Positions 61,714-64,000 of a DNA stretch of 64,000 nt are shown here, one piece after another. Each line of letters starts with the position of its first letter. Within the stretch, counting starts at the first letter, position 1. Below the pieces are notes generated by a model. The model saw only the letters and a program-made list of their open reading frames with translations, made no database searches and had not been told where the DNA came from. This stretch comes from Scyliorhinus canicula. Its lineage: Eukaryota. The stretch is from positions 72,941,631 to 73,005,630 of the forward strand of contig NC_052156.1 in the NCBI RefSeq assembly GCF_902713615.1. Direction: 5' to 3'. A program made the position numbers and the translations under genes.

Positions 61714-61927
61714 TCCAATTGGCTTTATTGGTTGGCCAATTGGGAGTATGAGCTCCCTCAATGATAGTTCATTGAGGGGGCCCATATAATCACCTGTGTA
61801 GGCTTTGTGAGCAGTCTTAAGTTGACTGGACTGCTAGCAGCACTGTTTGTAGCTGCTCCTGTAATATCGTTATTGTAAATAAATATTGGTGTGGTGACGG
61901 AACTCCCGCCTCCCGTGGATTACTACA
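61714..61927 (+). mobile_element. Solo LTR
   Basis: TGTAAT...ACTACA with AATAAA. TSD CTTTG at 61709-61713 and 61928-61932. Confidence 0.85.
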
Positions 61928-62983
61928 CTTTGATTCCCACAATAGCAGCTAGAGGTAAGACTATTAGAAAGAGCTGGAAGCACAAGCTTCACTATGTAAA
62001 AAAAAAAGCACATGCCGAAACAGCAGCAAAACATAAATACACCAATGAAATCGCAGACCAAATTCTGCAAACAAAAGTGAAACTTCTGCAGGCCCAACCA
62101 TTCAAGAACATAGACAAGCTGAGAAGGCTGTGCAATAAACTGATCATGGACTCAATTACAGAGGATCTCGGCCTTTAATGAGGCTCCACCTAAAACGCCC
62201 CTTTTTTGTACCACGAGACAACACTGGGTAAACGTTCTTAATGGGTTTTCCTGATCTCTTGCACAGAACACCATTGCAGGAAGATACAAGTACAGCAGCT
62301 GACTGTCCATCAAAATTATGCTGGGAGATCAATAGAATGGCCATTAAAATTTTAGTGTTTTAAAGTTGACTCAAGCCAGTTTGTCTTTGTGGCGGATAAA
62401 AAGCACATAAGTATGATTTGAGACATCACTGTTTCTATGGTGGTGGTGGTGGTGGTCTAGCTTAGATGGTTCTTTACCAGAATAAGTTAATTAAATCACA
62501 AATCACTCCGTGCTATGGAAATATTAATGTATGTAACGTTACTGAGGGAAAAGACAACATTTGTCATTTTTAAGCACCAAAGCATCAAAACAGTTTCATA
62601 CCAGTGGCACGTTGCTTGCCACCATGAGCAAATTACTCAAATAGTGGCTGTGGGGTTGTTGTTCACATCTTACTAACTTGAAATGATTAATTTAATGATT
62701 GTGACTACAGATAGAGACCTTCTGATCTTCAAAGCAAATCTGCCAATAGATTTGGGACTTCCCCATGGGACTTGTAGTTACCCATTTGAATGTTTGTTTT
62801 GAGGCTGAGATGGTGAAAAGTTTTGGTCACCCAAAGTTGTTTAAAGATGCAAAGGATTTTGGTACACCTCGCTAAACCTTCAGATTCTATTACTTCTGGA
62901 GCAATTTCACCAAAACAATAAAATGGTCAGTTTCTTTTGCATCCATGTAATCATTTTTCTTTGAGAGGTACAAGCATTATTCT

Positions 62984-63210
62984 ATTTTTTTTAAATTTAG
63001 AGTGCCCAATTCATTTTTTCCAATTACGGGGAAATTTAGCGTGGCCAATCCACCTACCCTGCACATCTTTGGGTTGTGGAGACAAAACCCACGCAAACAT
63101 GGGGAGAATGTGCAAACTCCACACGGACAGCGACCCAGAGCTGGGGTCGAACCTGCGACCTCGGTGCCGTGAGGCAGCAGGGCAAACCCACTGCGCCACC
63201 GTGCTGCCCC
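62984..63210 (-). mobile_element. HE1-type SINE, poly(A)-tailed subtype
   Basis: 16-bp TSD gtacaagcattaYtct at 62968-62983 and 63212-63227. Confidence 0.9.
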
Positions 63211-63512
63211 TGTACAAGCATTACTCTGAACCTGAACACAATTGTTTTACAATGTAACGTTCAGGTCTTTTTAAAAAGTGGAAAGGAGAATCCGACGTGT
63301 GTCCTACAATAATCGACAATACTGACTGCCACAGTGTCAAGACAATTGTTAGCTCTGCGCACATTAACCCATTCACATCTTGAAGAAGGAAGAAAGAAAA
63401 GAAGGAAAGAAGGAAGGAAAGAAAAGGAGGAAAGAAGGAAAGGACATTTATAAAGCACCTGTCACAATCTCGGAGCATCTCAAAGTGCTTTACAGATAAC
63501 AGTGTAGTTTTT

Positions 63513-64000
63513 GAGACTTCCGGTGGCAGCCAGGTGCTAATCGGTCGCATACAGGGTGGCTCCTGCTAGAAGGATTTGGTTTTGGCCCTTTCTGTCCGAT
63601 TAATGGACTCTTTGGTATAAGTGGTGGGAATTGAATTCTCCTCCAAGGTGGAATATTACTGCCTCCGACAGAAGTCAAATAAGGCAATAGTGGTGAAGGA
63701 GGAGGATCTGCTTGGCGAAGTTACAGAAGACATGGCAGAGGTGGGGGCATTGTCGTCGTCCATCCCATTGCCAGTGAAGCAATTGATGGGGTTGATTAAA
63801 GGGGAGCTTCAGCAGCATCGGCTAGAGATGCAAGAGGGCTGATCGAAGGCGATTGAAGGAGCAGTAGCCCCTCTTCGCAAGGCCATGGAGCGGGTGGAGA
63901 AGCGCCTAGAGTTGCAAGGTGCAACAATCCCGGAGATGGGCAGTCACGGACCACAGTGATCGAATCGTGGAGTTGGAGGCAGAGGTGTCGATGCTGGAAG
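63513..64000 (+). mobile_element. 5' end of an L1-clade LINE (5' UTR and disrupted ORF1 coiled coil), runs off the window
   Basis: Begins GAGACTTCCGGTGGC. Heptad-like remnant LIKGELQQHRLEM...VAPLRKAMERVEKRLE...RIVELEAEV. Confidence 0.65.

Overview
Vertebrate genomic DNA, almost certainly elasmobranch (shark-type HE1/V-SINEs, CR1 LINEs, Deu-domain SINEs, Penelope and Harbinger remnants); the species cannot be fixed from sequence alone. The window lies inside a minus-strand RASSF1 orthologue. Two coding exons are recognisable: exon 2-alpha/beta (C-terminal half of the C1 zinc finger, 18623-18747) and the RASSF1C-type exon 2-gamma (7025-7138). Exon 1-alpha and exons 3-6 were not found and are probably outside the window. 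The rest is mostly intronic and rich in transposons. Main observations: (1) exon 2-gamma has a strong splice acceptor directly before its ATG and is phase 0/0, so an in-frame RASSF1A/C hybrid isoform is possible. (2) This exon is bracketed by two G-rich tandem arrays on opposite strands. (3) A 5'-truncated CR1 inside the 26-bp array creates an uninterrupted antisense 728-aa ORF (RG/RE-rich repeat plus reverse transcriptase). (4) A four-component nested Gypsy/SINE/Gypsy/solo-LTR complex spans 48218-58343. Its youngest Gypsy has no tRNA primer-binding site but has a perfect 16-bp complement to its own LTR poly(A)-signal region, suggesting self-priming and/or poly(A) occlusion. (5) A Penelope fragment carries an intact-looking minimal hammerhead ribozyme. 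Family names and gene identity rest on recalled motifs, not database searches; most repeat boundaries lacking TSD support are approximate.
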